Below, piece by piece: positions 10,825 to 20,237 of a DNA stretch of 57,977 nucleotides. Each line of letters opens with the position of its first letter. The first letter of the stretch is position 1. A program made the translations under genes and the position numbers. Origin of the DNA: an uncultured bacterium (GTDB lineage Bacteria; Verrucomicrobiota; Kiritimatiellia; RFP12; UBA1067); contig CAIZQW010000151.1 of NCBI GenBank assembly GCA_903935195.1, positions 1 to 57,977 of the forward strand, read 5' to 3'. Below the pieces are notes generated by a model. The model worked only from the letters and a program-made list of their open reading frames with translations, did no database searches and had not been told where the DNA came from.

Positions 10825-11847
10825 ATGAGAAAGTCACGGATTAAGGCGGATAATGGGATCGGATACTATCATGTCACAAGCAGAATTGTGGACAGGAGTT
10901 TCAAGTTGGACGAGAGGGAACGAGAGATATTTCGACATATCCTGCGTAAGGCGGCGAACTTCTCGGGTGTGAACATCCTCACCTATGCAATTCTCTCCAA
11001 TCATTTCCACATCCTTCTTGAAGTACCAGAACAACCTATGCTTGACGATGCGGAGCTTCTGCGGCGTATAAAGATACTCTATGGATGTGCCACTGCAAAC
11101 CTGTATAAGGAACGGTGGGATGGTTGGCGCAGAGGCGGTCTTGATATTCTTGCAGATCGTGAGCAGGAACAGTTCCGCAGGCGTATGGGTGATGTAAGCC
11201 CCTTCATGAAACTTCTTAAGCAGCGCTACTCGATCTGTTATAACCAGCGACATAAGCGCACAGGGACGCTCTGGGAGGGGCGCTATGTCAGTATTCTGGT
11301 AGAGGGTGACAGCCGTGCACTTTCTGCCATCGCGGCCTATATAGACCTCAATCCCGTACGCGCCGGGATCGTAAAGGATCCCGCAGAATACCGGTGGTGC
11401 GGTTACGGCGAGGCATGCGGCGGCTCCGATGTTGCTAAGCAAGGCCTCCTTGGCCTCCAGTGCTTCAGTCCGCAAACGCAAGATCGGACCTGGCCTACTA
11501 CTGCTGCTGCCTATCGTAACTACCTCTATACCCAGGGAGAGGAACAGCGCGATGAAACTGGCAAGCTATTGCGCCTCGGATTTTCGTCGGCAGAGGCTCA
11601 GGAGGTAATCGACCAGGGCGGAAGGATGGCGTTACCTGATCTTCTGCGTTGCCGTGTCCGTTACTTCCGGGACGGCCTGGCATTTGGCAGCAAGGCATTC
11701 GTAGAGGCGGTCTTTGACAAGAACCGGGGCCATTTCGGCGCGAAACGCAAGACAGGAGCGCGGAGAATGCGGTTCTGCCGGACCGATGGGTTCTGTACCG
11801 CACGAGACTTGCGGGTCGCGCCTGTCAGCGTCTCTCTTCAAGTTTAG
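10825..11847 (+). CDS. REP-associated tyrosine transposase (RAYT)/IS200-like Y1 HUH nuclease, long form (340 aa)
   Basis: YYHVTSR, HUH motif SNHFHILL, GTLWEGRY, YIDLNPVRAG, YRWCGY; AAGGAG RBS before ATG 10825. Confidence 0.9.
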   Translation: MRKSRIKADNGIGYYHVTSRIVDRSFKLDEREREIFRHILRKAANFSGVNILTYAILSNHFHILLEVPEQPMLDDAELLRRIKILYGCATANLYKERWDGWRRGGLDILADREQEQFRRRMGDVSPFMKLLKQRYSICYNQRHKRTGTLWEGRYVSILVEGDSRALSAIAAYIDLNPVRAGIVKDPAEYRWCGYGEACGGSDVAKQGLLGLQCFSPQTQDRTWPTTAAAYRNYLYTQGEEQRDETGKLLRLGFSSAEAQEVIDQGGRMALPDLLRCRVRYFRDGLAFGSKAFVEAVFDKNRGHFGAKRKTGARRMRFCRTDGFCTARDLRVAPVSVSLQV

Positions 11848-12164
11848 CTTATCTATCACAATCATCATTTAAACGAAAAAGCCGTAGATGGTAACTCCGT
11901 CTTCGGACGTTGACGTTATCTAAAAAATCATAATAACTAACGCATAACGTCATCATTTTAACAATTACGGATGTTTGGTCTATCAGGTTAACTAATATTC
12001 AGTTCCTTTGTATGGGATTAAAGTAGATAAAAGTCGTTTCCGATGCTCATGCTAATAGTCTGTCCCCTTATCGCCCCTCTTATCGCTCTAATTGTCTGTC
12101 CCTGTGTTGCTTTTGTTGGCGATGATTGATTGTCTGTCCCCTTGGCTTCCTCAAATTTCAAAAC

Positions 12165-14219
12165 TCATGGGGTTGTGATAGTTAGTGAAAGGTTAATCGG
12201 TTTTTCAGAGGTTAGTTTGATCCAAACAATGAGATCAGTCCCTTCCAGTGTACGGCGATGCCCGTAACGGAAAGATCGACCACGTGCGACCGCAGTACCA
12301 TCGATTGTCAGCATAGCATTCTGATCACCCCATCCTTGGATGACCAAGGCTGGATTGACGATTGGCGAGTCTGTGCTTCCACTGAGTTCGAAATCGAGAC
12401 TGCCCGTGGATTGTGCGCGCTTGAGGAAATAGGCCCGCTGATCTTGATTATACCCGTCACTCCTAAAAGCGGTCCCCGTTAATTTAAGGGCCGCCGGCTT
12501 GATCCAAGCTTTGGCGAGCGCGAGCAGATCTACCGCTGGCTTATCAGTCATACCATACAGAAAGCCTCCCGAGGGTTGCGTCACCCAGCTGAGTGAAGAG
12601 TGAGCGGCTTGGTCAGTCGCCATCGCGTAACGACCATCGCTCGAAATGCGTGTAACCGGCCAATGGTTCCACCAGGGGAAATGCGAGAATTCTTTGCGGA
12701 TCTCACAATTAAATGTACGGATCGTGGACCCGGGTTTAACAATGATTAACGGTCGGAATTTTGATTTCAAATTAACCACTTGAATAATGGGTGCTTCGAG
12801 ATCCAGCTTGGGATAGCCCTTTTCCCAGGAGTATGTTTTTGTTTCGCCCTTGAGGTTCGCCAGACTGAGTGCTTCAAGTTCACAATTATCTTCGGGACGT
12901 GTCCCGGGTTCGTTTAAAAAGATGGTCTCCTGATCCGTGCGGTGAGCAGGTTCAGGCCACCAACCGATCACATCGCGCGTACAGACGCCATCTGGATAGA
13001 TATAGTAAAACTCATCGCCATACTGTCCTTTGCCCGCGACCTCGTCGTAGTTGACGAACCGATATGCTGCGTCGACCAGCGCATAGCGCCAATGAATAAC
13101 CACGCGCGCATCGCTGTTTTCCACAATGCGTACATGCGAGAAACGGCATTGCACATCTGACATGTGCTCACTGCAACCGACAGCTCCCTGACCGCCGCGC
13201 TTACGTAACTCCTCTGGCCAGACGCCAGTTTCCAGACTTTGATCCGCCATCCACTTTCCGTTTTCGGAAACCCAGCAGGGCGAGAAACGCGTTCCACGCC
13301 AAAAGACCATTTGCACGGGCAATTCGTCGAACTTAACCACGATGTCTTCTTCCCCAGCGACCTGCCATAATGCATCCCACTGCTCGTAAAACGTGAGCTT
13401 AGAGGGATAGGCCCCAAACCGTTTGACTCCTTGGGCTACGTTTGGAAAGCGCCGGGCCGGTATCTCGGGCGCAGCGACAGGCTTATCCGCTTCCCAAGAG
13501 GCCTTGATTTCTGTTTCTGTCAGCGTGCGATCATAAATTTTAACCTCATCTAAAAGACCATCCAGCGCCCACCAGGAGGGAAACTGCGCCCATTCCCGAA
13601 CCAGATGTGAGGGGACCATTTTAGCGTGATTGCGTCCGATGTAGAGGTCGATTTCTTTGGCCGCACTGAACCTTTTTTCTACAGGGAAGAATCCAGCGGG
13701 CTGACCGTCGAGAAATAATCGAACCCCCGAAGCAGGTTCATAAACCGCAGCTACATGATGCCATGCCTTAAGACGGAGCGTGTTCGTGGAGAGGCACGTC
13801 ATCCAGTGGAAATCAGCTGCCAGTTGTAGGCCGAACCGACCAGTGCTGTCGATTCCGAAAGAGTATCCGCGTGTCTCACCATCTCGCTGAGCAACGATCG
13901 GTGTCCAATTCCATGAATATGCCGCGAGGGCGACCCACCCTTGCACTGTAAATCCCTTGTTCAAGTTTGGAGCCTTCACAGACTCACATCGGACGAGTGT
14001 TGTGAACCCATCGAAACGTAGGCACTCACCGCGCACCCCGCTAGGCATGAACTTATAGTTTCCCTCAATGGTGTTTGTCACGCCACGCGCTGAATTCAGG
14101 GCAGTTCGATTATCGAACGCCCACCAGGCAACAGGACCTTCGAGGGCATAGCTCGGGGTTCCACTCGTTAAAGAAAAGAAAATAGCCGCTACGCCTACCT
14201 TGACATATTTAATCATCAT
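12165..14219 (-). CDS. Secreted LamG/concanavalin-A-like domain protein with uncharacterised C-terminal domain
   Basis: Signal peptide; LamG motifs WWAFD, FTVQGWV, WHHVAAVY, LFLDG, GLLDEVKIYDRTLT. Confidence 0.75.
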   Translation of the reverse strand: MMIKYVKVGVAAIFFSLTSGTPSYALEGPVAWWAFDNRTALNSARGVTNTIEGNYKFMPSGVRGECLRFDGFTTLVRCESVKAPNLNKGFTVQGWVALAAYSWNWTPIVAQRDGETRGYSFGIDSTGRFGLQLAADFHWMTCLSTNTLRLKAWHHVAAVYEPASGVRLFLDGQPAGFFPVEKRFSAAKEIDLYIGRNHAKMVPSHLVREWAQFPSWWALDGLLDEVKIYDRTLTETEIKASWEADKPVAAPEIPARRFPNVAQGVKRFGAYPSKLTFYEQWDALWQVAGEEDIVVKFDELPVQMVFWRGTRFSPCWVSENGKWMADQSLETGVWPEELRKRGGQGAVGCSEHMSDVQCRFSHVRIVENSDARVVIHWRYALVDAAYRFVNYDEVAGKGQYGDEFYYIYPDGVCTRDVIGWWPEPAHRTDQETIFLNEPGTRPEDNCELEALSLANLKGETKTYSWEKGYPKLDLEAPIIQVVNLKSKFRPLIIVKPGSTIRTFNCEIRKEFSHFPWWNHWPVTRISSDGRYAMATDQAAHSSLSWVTQPSGGFLYGMTDKPAVDLLALAKAWIKPAALKLTGTAFRSDGYNQDQRAYFLKRAQSTGSLDFELSGSTDSPIVNPALVIQGWGDQNAMLTIDGTAVARGRSFRYGHRRTLEGTDLIVWIKLTSEKPINLSLTITTP

Positions 14220-14281
14220 AACATATCACCTTTTAATAGAACTCAGTTGTCTTTTGTTACCAATCAAGCATAAGATTGACG

Positions 14282-14319
14282 AATTGTTGCGCGTTTTGAT
14301 GGACAAAGCAAGGCGAATT
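14282..14319. repeat. 38-bp direct repeat, copy 2 (about 60 bp upstream of the LamG gene start)
   Basis: 33/38 identity with 10598-10635. Confidence 0.8.
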
Positions 14320-14445
14320 TTTTTATTGAATAGGAAAAAGTGGGGTTGAGTTCTTCTGTTTCCGCTTACTTTGGACGTGCCTTTATGGCGAGGACATGAT
14401 ACTCTTCTGCATACTTTTGAAGGTTTAATTTGTAGAGGAGATTTT

Positions 14446-15516
14446 ATGGCTGAGATGACATCTGCGGAGCGGGTGATGACGGTGTTGCGCCGGGGGGAGC
14501 CGGATCGTATCCCTCACTTTGAGTGGATCGTGGATAAGCGCGTGCGCCATGCCTTGTGCCCAGGCGCCGGACTTGAAGAGTTCACGGTGCGCATGGGATT
14601 GGATGCGATGCTCTGTGACCCTGATTTTAAATCGACTCAAGTCGCACCGAACCGTTTCAAAAATGAGTGGGGAATCGTGGTCGAAAAGGGTACGGAACAG
14701 CATTCGACTGTTGTCGAGTCGGTGATCCAGACCATGGAAAATATGCTGAAGTATGAGGCGCCGGACGCCTATGCGCCGTATCGCTTCGAAAGCTTAAAGA
14801 AACTCGTCGCACGCTACAAAGGCAAGTATGCCATCGGCGTTCACCTGAATGATGTGCTCTCGATTCCGCGAAACCTTATGGGCTTCCAGGAGTTGATGAT
14901 GGCCTTCTGTCTCGAACCGGAGCTGGTCCAGGCGCTGGTCGACATGTCGGTTGAACTCAATATTAAACTGGCCCAGGAAGCTGCGCGCTGTGGCGCGGAC
15001 TTCATCTTTACCGGTGATGATTACTCCTCGGGCCAGGCTCCCTTCATGTCGCCGGACACCTTCCGCGAATTGCTGTATCCCGGATTAAAAAAGGTCATCA
15101 AGGGTTTTCATGATGCCGGCTTGCCCATGATCAAGCATACCGACGGCAATGTGATGCCGCTCCTGGATATGCTGCTGGATGCAGGCATTGACTGTCTGGA
15201 TCCGATTGATCCGTTAGGCAACATGGACATGGCGGAGATGAAGCGTGACTACAGCCACCGCATTGCGCTGAAGGGCAATGTGAACTGCGCCACCACATTG
15301 GTCACCGGAACCGTCCAGGAGGTTGTGCAAGAGACCCTCGATGTGATCCGCGCCGGTGCGCAAGGCGGTGGACTGATCCTCTCGTCGAGTAACAGCATTC
15401 ACTCCTCGGTTAATCCCTTGAACTATTTGGCCATGGTTAACACAATCAAGGCGTATGGCACGTATCCGATTAAACTCAATTTTGATGCTAGCGGCGCGGT
15501 CGAAGCGTTTGGGTGA
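14446..15516 (+). CDS. Uroporphyrinogen decarboxylase/methylcobamide methyltransferase (URO-D/CIMS-like) family protein
   Basis: MTSAERV...EPDRIP, EWG, GDDY, MSPDTFRE, HTDGNV, GNVNC, GGLILSSSNSI; GAGGAG RBS before ATG 14446. Confidence 0.82.
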   Translation: MAEMTSAERVMTVLRRGEPDRIPHFEWIVDKRVRHALCPGAGLEEFTVRMGLDAMLCDPDFKSTQVAPNRFKNEWGIVVEKGTEQHSTVVESVIQTMENMLKYEAPDAYAPYRFESLKKLVARYKGKYAIGVHLNDVLSIPRNLMGFQELMMAFCLEPELVQALVDMSVELNIKLAQEAARCGADFIFTGDDYSSGQAPFMSPDTFRELLYPGLKKVIKGFHDAGLPMIKHTDGNVMPLLDMLLDAGIDCLDPIDPLGNMDMAEMKRDYSHRIALKGNVNCATTLVTGTVQEVVQETLDVIRAGAQGGGLILSSSNSIHSSVNPLNYLAMVNTIKAYGTYPIKLNFDASGAVEAFG

Positions 15517-15586
15517 GTTGAATTCAGAATGCGCGAATGCACTAACAAACTTTTCTCTTTCCTCTTTTCTCATTTATCTTTCTCCT

Positions 15587-15624
15587 CAATAACGCAATAA
15601 GGCAATAACGCAATAACGCAATTC
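15587..15624 (+). repeat. CAATAA(G/C)G octamer x4 plus CAATTC
   Basis: caataacg caataagg caataacg caataacg caattc, preceded by a pyrimidine tract. Confidence 0.8.
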
Positions 15625-15638
15625 TTACGGAGCACACT

Positions 15639-17165
15639 ATGAGAGGACTGCTGGGTATCGATGTGGGTTCGACCAATCTGAAGGCCGTGCTCTTTGATTT
15701 GCACGGACGGCTGATTGCCAAACGCGAGACACCGACCATTTGCGAGCATCCTGATGCAGCGCATCCGGAGTGGGCGGTGTGGCAACCCCACCAGATATGG
15801 TCAGGTATCGCCGCTTGCGTCAAGGGAGTTCTAGCCCAGGCCCCGGGCTGTGAGATCGCCGGGGTGAGTGTGACAGGCATGGGCATGGACGGCGTGCCGA
15901 TTGACAAAGAGGGGAATGCGCTCTATCCGTTTATCAGCTGGCATTGTCCGCGTACCGAACCACAACATGCGTGGTGGACAAAGACGATCGGTCCGGACGA
16001 ACAGTTCGCGCGCGGTGGCAATCAGCTGTGGGTCTTTAACACGGCTTTGCGTCTGCTCTGGATGCGTGAAAACGAACCTGCGATTTTAGACAAGACCTGG
16101 AAGTGGTTGCTGATCGAAGACTATGTCAACTACATGCTCTGCGGCGAAGTGGCAACCGACTTCACCATGGCTTCCTCCACGCTCCTCTTTGATCAGCGGA
16201 CCCATACCTGGAATGATGATTTTATTAAACGCGCGAACATTGATAAAGGATTGCTCTGCGACCCGCGCCAGGCTGGAACGGTGCTTGGCACGGTTCATGC
16301 CAAAGCCGCAGCCATAACAGGACTAAAGGTCGGAACACCTGTGGTGCTGGGCGGACACGACTTTTGCTGCGGCTGTCTGCCGACCGGCGCCTTTGATCCT
16401 GGTGTGCTGCTGGACGTGATGGGTACATGGGAGATGGTGGTAACTGCGATCAACGAGCCTGTGTTGACACCGCAGGTGCAACGCATGGGTGTATTGGTGG
16501 ATTCCCATGTCGCGCGCAACCGCTACACTGCGATGGGCGCGACGGTCGCCGCGGACATGGCCGAGTGGTTTAAACGCGAGATTGGCACAGGAACCGCAGC
16601 CGAAGATACAAAAGCCGCGTGGGACACCTTGATCCAGTTGGGCAGTCAGTCCCCGGTGGGTAGCAATGGCGTCCTCTTCCTGCCGCACATGTCAGGCAGT
16701 TACTGCCCAGTGCTGGATCCAGGCTCCGCAGGTGCCTTTGTCGGTATGCGCGCGATTACGAGCAGGGGTGACCTCTTCCGTTCGATGATTGAGGGGTTGA
16801 ACTACCAGTTCCTTGAGATTGTGCGCGCGTTTGAAGATTCCATGGGGATTTGGTGCGACCGGATTGTCGCGATTGGCGGGCCGACGAAAAATAAACTGTG
16901 GATGCAAATTAAGGCCGATGTGGCAGGGGTAGTCGTGGAGGTCCCGGAGATCGAAGAGTCCGTGCCGCTCGGAGCCGCTATCCTGGCAGGCCTCGGCACC
17001 GGAATCTATGGCAGCGAGAAAGAGGCCTTTGATCAGGTTTACAGGCCCGGGGTGAAGTATGAGCCAAACCAGGCAAATGTGGCTGCCTACCGCGAACTGT
17101 ATGACCGGTACCGTACCCTTTATCCCGCATTGAAGCACCTTGCGCCCAAAGTCGCAAAGAACTGA
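15639..17165 (+). CDS. FGGY-family carbohydrate kinase (xylulo/fuculokinase-like)
   Basis: GIDVGSTNLKA, GGHD, GTWE, FLPHMSG, IEGL, GAAILAG. Confidence 0.88.
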   Translation: MRGLLGIDVGSTNLKAVLFDLHGRLIAKRETPTICEHPDAAHPEWAVWQPHQIWSGIAACVKGVLAQAPGCEIAGVSVTGMGMDGVPIDKEGNALYPFISWHCPRTEPQHAWWTKTIGPDEQFARGGNQLWVFNTALRLLWMRENEPAILDKTWKWLLIEDYVNYMLCGEVATDFTMASSTLLFDQRTHTWNDDFIKRANIDKGLLCDPRQAGTVLGTVHAKAAAITGLKVGTPVVLGGHDFCCGCLPTGAFDPGVLLDVMGTWEMVVTAINEPVLTPQVQRMGVLVDSHVARNRYTAMGATVAADMAEWFKREIGTGTAAEDTKAAWDTLIQLGSQSPVGSNGVLFLPHMSGSYCPVLDPGSAGAFVGMRAITSRGDLFRSMIEGLNYQFLEIVRAFEDSMGIWCDRIVAIGGPTKNKLWMQIKADVAGVVVEVPEIEESVPLGAAILAGLGTGIYGSEKEAFDQVYRPGVKYEPNQANVAAYRELYDRYRTLYPALKHLAPKVAKN

Positions 17166-17199
17166 GTGCAAAAAAAACGAACTATTTTGATTTTCGGGC

Positions 17200-17228
17200 T
17201 TGCTTGTCAGGCAGTGGTTTGTTAAATT
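17200..17228 (+). promoter_or_regulatory. Putative sigma70 promoter of rpsL-rpsG
   Basis: TTGCTT-17 nt-TAAATT with an extended -10 TG. Confidence 0.55.
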
Positions 17229-17269
17229 TAACGCCTATTTATTTCCAATTTGAAAGGGAAGATTAGTAG

Positions 17270-17650
17270 ATGCCGACGATTAACCAATTAGTTCGCAAGG
17301 GCCGTACCCCGTTGCGCAAGAAGAGCAAATCGCCCGCGCTGAAGGCTTGTCCGCAGCGTCGTGGTGTGTGTTTGGTCGTAAAGACACAGACACCTAAGAA
17401 GCCGAACTCCGCGTTGCGTAAGGTTGCGCGTGTACGTTTGACAACGGGTTACGAAGTAACAGCCTATATTCCGGGCGAAGGTCACAATCTGCAGGAACAC
17501 AGCGTGGTGCTGGTGCGCGGCGGACGTGTAAAAGACTTGCCGGGTGTCCGTTACCATATTGTTCGTGGCTGCCTGGATAGCTTGGGCGTTGCAGGACGTA
17601 ATCGCAGTCGTTCAAAGTATGGCGTCAAAAGACCAAAGAAGACTACCTAA
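17270..17650 (+). CDS. rpsL: 30S ribosomal protein S12
   Basis: [35 protein letters not shown]. Confidence 0.99.
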   Translation: MPTINQLVRKGRTPLRKKSKSPALKACPQRRGVCLVVKTQTPKKPNSALRKVARVRLTTGYEVTAYIPGEGHNLQEHSVVLVRGGRVKDLPGVRYHIVRGCLDSLGVAGRNRSRSKYGVKRPKKTT

Positions 17651-17664
17651 AGAAAGAGTGAATT

Positions 17665-18138
17665 ATGGCAAGACGGCGTAGAGCAGTAAAACGGGTCGCT
17701 TCAGCTGACCCAAAGTTTAACAGTGAATTGGTTGCCCGCGTGATTCGTGCGTTGATGAAGAGCGGTAAGAAGACAACCGCAGAGCGCATTGTTTACGGTG
17801 CTATCGAAGAGATTCGCGCTAAGGTCGAAGGTAAGGATCCTCTGGAAGTCATGGATGCAGCAATTGCAAACATGAAGCCGAAAGTGGAAGTCAAGTCCCG
17901 CCGCGTGGGTGGAACGACGTATCCGGTTCCCGTGGAAATCCGTCCTGGCCGTCAGCTCTCGCTGGCCCTGCGCTGGATGTCCATGTATGCCAGCGGTCGC
18001 CGTGGCACACCGATGCCCAAGGCAATCGCGATGGAGCTCGTGGAAGCTTATAACAACCAAGGCAACGTGCTGAAGAAGCGCGATGACGTGCATAAGATGG
18101 CCCAGGCAAACAAGGCCTTCGCACATTACGCTTGGTAG
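17665..18138 (+). CDS. rpsG: 30S ribosomal protein S7
   Basis: MKSGKK, EVKSRRVGG, HKMAQANKAFAHYAW; follows rpsL. Confidence 0.98.
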   Translation: MARRRRAVKRVASADPKFNSELVARVIRALMKSGKKTTAERIVYGAIEEIRAKVEGKDPLEVMDAAIANMKPKVEVKSRRVGGTTYPVPVEIRPGRQLSLALRWMSMYASGRRGTPMPKAIAMELVEAYNNQGNVLKKRDDVHKMAQANKAFAHYAW

Positions 18139-18166
18139 TTTAAAGACCGCGGAATAGCTACAAAAC

Positions 18167-18198
18167 AAAGACGGGCACTCGCCCGTCTTTTTTGTTTT
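18167..18198 (+). terminator. Rho-independent terminator after rpsG
   Basis: AAAGACGGGC-actc-GCCCGTCTTT followed by TTTGTTTT. Confidence 0.85.
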
Positions 18199-18280
18199 AA
18201 CCAATTGGACTTGGAACTTGCAGCACGAGCTTCTGAATTCCTCATTTTTCTTCTTTCCTCGTGACTCTTTTCTCTCTCAC

Positions 18281-18318
18281 CAATAAGGCAATAACGCAAT
18301 AAGGCAATAAGGCAATTC
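18281..18318 (+). repeat. CAATAA(G/C)G octamer x4 plus CAATTC
   Basis: caataagg caataacg caataagg caataagg caattc after a pyrimidine tract. Confidence 0.8.
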
Positions 18319-18397
18319 TCTCACCGCCCTTTTGCAATTGCAGCCCCAAGCCCTATCGTGTTACCATTCTGCCAATTGCTAAGTGAAAAGGGGAGAT

Positions 18398-19906
18398 ATG
18401 CGAAAATTCATCGTTCTGTCGCTGCTGGCGGCGACCACACTCGTTGCGCAGGAAAAGAAGACAAACCTCGTTTTTATCCTGGCGGATGATTTGGGTTGGT
18501 CAGATGTCTCGCCGAATGGCCACACGACCTTCTACAAGACGCCCAATCTGGAACGCCTGGCCAAACGCGGCATGCTCTTCTCCCAAGCCTACGCCGCAAG
18601 CCCACTCTGTTCCCCGACCCGTTCCTCCATCCTGACCGGACTCAGCCCCGCGCGCACTGGCATCACAGCGCCTGTCTGCCATGAGCCGCGGGAGATCCTC
18701 GAATGCACCCAGCCCCCTAAGGGTGGTGCGCCAGGGAAGAAGACGCTCCCTCCTGTTGTCCCCACCCGCCTGAAGACCACCTATCCCTCCCTGGCTAAAG
18801 CGTTGAAGGAAGCAGGCTATGCCACCGGACACTTTGGCAAGTGGCACCTGGGCAAAGATCCCTACTCCCCGTTGCAGCACGGCTTTGATGTGGACACTCC
18901 CCATTGGCCCGGACCCGGCCCTGCGGGCAGTTATGTCGCCCCTTGGAAGTTTGACAACTTTGATCCGGATCCGGGCGAACCCAATCAGCATCTCGAGGAT
19001 CGCATGGCCAAGGAGGCGGTCAAATGGCTGGAGAAGAACAAGGACAAGCCCTTCTTCATGAACTACTGGATGTTCAGCGTCCATGCGCCCTTTGACGCGA
19101 AGAAGACGCTGATTGAAAAGTATCAGAAGACGGTTGATAAGAGCGACCTGCAACGTTGTCCCACCTATGCCGCCATGATCGAAAGCATGGACGATGCCGT
19201 CGGTACCCTGCTGGATACGCTGGACCGCTTGGATCTCTCTAAGAACACCTTGGTGATCTTTACCTCGGATAATGGCGGAAATATGTATAACCAGGTTGCC
19301 GGCGAAGTGCCGACCAGCAACCGTCCCTTGCGCGGCGGTAAGGCGACGCTGTTCGAGGGTGGCGTTCGCGTCCCCTGCATTGTTGCGTGGCCGGGGGTTG
19401 TCCAAGCTCATTCAACGAGTGATGCCCGTCTCCAGAGCGAGGATTATTTCCCGACCCTGATTGAGGCTCTTGGCTTGCAGAAGGCGCCCGGACAGCTCTT
19501 TGATGGCGTCAGCGTGCTTCCCGCATGGAAGGGCGATCCGACCTTTACGCATCCCCCGACCTTTACCTACTTCCCGCATGATCCAGGCGTACCGGACTGG
19601 ATGCCGCCTGCAGTCGCTGTCCATGACGGGGAGTGGAAATTGATCCGCATCTTTTATCACGGCGAAAACAACCAGCATCGCTATCAGCTCTATAACCTAA
19701 AGCAGGACATCAGCGAAACAACAAATCTCGCCGCACAGGAGTCTGCGCGCGTGAAGGAACTGGATGCCAAGATCGAAGCCTTCCTCACGGAGACGAAAGC
19801 TGTCCTGCCCAAACTCAACCCGAACTTCGATCCCTCGAAATATGATCCGAAAGAAGAGGGTGTTGCTAAAGAGAAGGCTTCCACCGCCAAGCCCAAGAAA
19901 AGATAA
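18398..19906 (+). CDS. Secreted formylglycine-dependent (Cys-type) sulfatase
   Basis: Signal peptide; [39 protein letters not shown]. Confidence 0.95.
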   Translation: MRKFIVLSLLAATTLVAQEKKTNLVFILADDLGWSDVSPNGHTTFYKTPNLERLAKRGMLFSQAYAASPLCSPTRSSILTGLSPARTGITAPVCHEPREILECTQPPKGGAPGKKTLPPVVPTRLKTTYPSLAKALKEAGYATGHFGKWHLGKDPYSPLQHGFDVDTPHWPGPGPAGSYVAPWKFDNFDPDPGEPNQHLEDRMAKEAVKWLEKNKDKPFFMNYWMFSVHAPFDAKKTLIEKYQKTVDKSDLQRCPTYAAMIESMDDAVGTLLDTLDRLDLSKNTLVIFTSDNGGNMYNQVAGEVPTSNRPLRGGKATLFEGGVRVPCIVAWPGVVQAHSTSDARLQSEDYFPTLIEALGLQKAPGQLFDGVSVLPAWKGDPTFTHPPTFTYFPHDPGVPDWMPPAVAVHDGEWKLIRIFYHGENNQHRYQLYNLKQDISETTNLAAQESARVKELDAKIEAFLTETKAVLPKLNPNFDPSKYDPKEEGVAKEKASTAKPKKR

Positions 19907-19970
19907 GCATGTATGGCTGATGGCAGGTATGGCTGAGTGGCATGTATGGCTGATGGCATGTATGGCTGAT
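19907..19970 (+). repeat. Four tandem 16/17-mers GCA(T/G)GTATGGCTGA(G)TG
   Basis: Begins directly after the sulfatase TAA; no unique spacers. Confidence 0.85.
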
Positions 19971-19990
19971 AGGTGATTGGACGCCAAAAC

Positions 19991-20024
19991 AAAAAACCCC
20001 TGCAAACATAAGTTTACAAGGGTT
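19991..20024 (-). terminator. Terminator-like hairpin downstream of tRNA-His
   Basis: Minus strand: AACCCTTGTAAAC-ttat-GTTTGCAGGGG-TTTTTT. Confidence 0.6.
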
Positions 20025-20030
20025 AGAAGA

Positions 20031-20107
20031 TGGGGCGAATGACGGGGCTCGAACCCGCGACCATCAGAACCACAATCTGACGCTCTACCAACTGAGCTAC
20101 AATCGCC
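20031..20107 (-). tRNA. tRNA-His (GUG)
   Basis: Minus strand GGCGATTGTAGCTCAGTTGGTAGAGCGTCAGATTGTGGTTCTGATGGTCGCGGGTTCGAGCCCCGTCATTCGCCCCA: D arm, GTG anticodon, TTCGA T loop, G-1:C73 pair, encoded CCA. Confidence 0.96.
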
Positions 20108-20237
20108 ATAAAAAAGTGTTAATTAGTTTACTGATTTGACCTCAGAAACGCAAGTACACATTTGAAAATCTTTTTTGGGAATTGCGTTTTGCTCTGTTTT
20201 CTGACAAACTTCCCCAGATTAACAAACGGAAATATCT

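Larger units (their letters stand above)
10667..12143. mobile_element. RAYT-like transposase locus flanked by three pairs of inverted GGGACAGAC(A/T)AT motifs
   Basis: Left motifs at 10667-10680, 10694-10709, 10785-10798; inverted right motifs at 12054-12067, 12090-12103, 12128-12143; Y1 transposase between them. Confidence 0.7.

Noticed and set aside
17270-17650. Streptomycin-resistance allele of rpsL
   Set aside because: PKKPNS and RVKDLPG lysines are wild type
19907-19970. Possible CRISPR array
   Set aside because: Units are 16-17 bp, directly tandem with no unique spacers, and there are no cas genes in the window
20031-20107. tRNA-His as an integration site, and its U-U acceptor-stem mismatch as a sign of a pseudogene
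   Set aside because: No integrase and no duplicated tRNA 3' end seen in the window; all other tRNA identity elements are intact
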